A DNA stretch of 63,614 nt, the filler included, from Octopus bimaculoides (Eukaryota), in assembly GCF_001194135.2 (NCBI RefSeq). It is 9 parts of 7 records of this genome, joined end to end, with 100 filler letters (N's around TTAATTAATTAA, not from the genome) between each part and the next. Parts side by side here need not be neighbours in the genome. Positions count along the whole stretch, not along the records: positions 61,546 to 63,614 come from NW_026395231.1; 8 more parts are not named here. One strand, 5' to 3'. Under the pieces are notes generated by a model, which ran no database searches, was not told the origin of the DNA, and was given only the letters and a program-made list of their open reading frames with translations. Position numbers and translations under genes: made by a program. Numbering within the stretch: position 1 is the first letter of the stretch; each line of letters opens with the position of its first letter. This document shows positions 63,197 to 63,614 of this stretch, piece by piece.

Positions 63197-63614
63197 TATA
63201 TGTTCATGACTAAAGGTCCCAACCAACCCCTTTACAGTAAGGGCCAAGTACCTACCACAATAGATTCATGGACTTACAGTTGCTTGATACGTTGTCGCAA
63301 AATCTAATGGAACTGCACGGCGTGGGAAGTAAACGTGTTCAGGGAGACATTTGAGGTTGACCTTCTGCTGTCCAAGTTCGTAGATGAGTCTATGTCTCGA
63401 GAAAAGACCCAAATGAGGGCAACAGTATCAAGTTTCCCCCAGTCATCGCAAGCCAAGCTCATAAGAAAGGCTACTGAAAAATTATGACAATGGTAGTGCT
63501 CCAGCTTGGCAACACAGTTCAGGATAAAATACATAAAGGAATGCATACATGTAAATACACACACGCACACACTCATGCATGTATGTGTATGTATGCGTAT
63601 ATATATATATATAT

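Overview
Repeat-dense, AT-rich eukaryotic (metazoan) DNA. The SINE/LINE families and microsatellite load look octopus-like, which is an inference. I cannot support any host protein-coding exon, tRNA, rRNA or CRISPR array, and nearly all ORFs in the track are microsatellite or N-gap translations. The window holds at least four tRNA-derived SINE families (about 25 copies), two RTE-clade LINE families, an L1/Tx1 ORF1-endonuclease remnant and an ORF1-only (CCHC knuckle) L1/Tx1-like element. It also holds DD37D (maT) and DD34D mariner relics, hAT-Charlie and Merlin-like MITEs, and Helitron-like ends. The best lead is a set of type I hammerhead ribozyme motifs in three unrelated contexts. One (8336-8401, minus) has Schistosoma SM-alpha-like architecture inside a stem-loop-rich element of about 250 nt and is retrozyme-like. 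Other leads are a 328-bp near-perfect palindrome, a MITE carrying a fold-back telomere-like array, and a locally duplicated inverted SINE. Caveat: eight 100-bp N44-TTAATTAATTAA-N44 spacers are artificial joins, so adjacency across them is not guaranteed.
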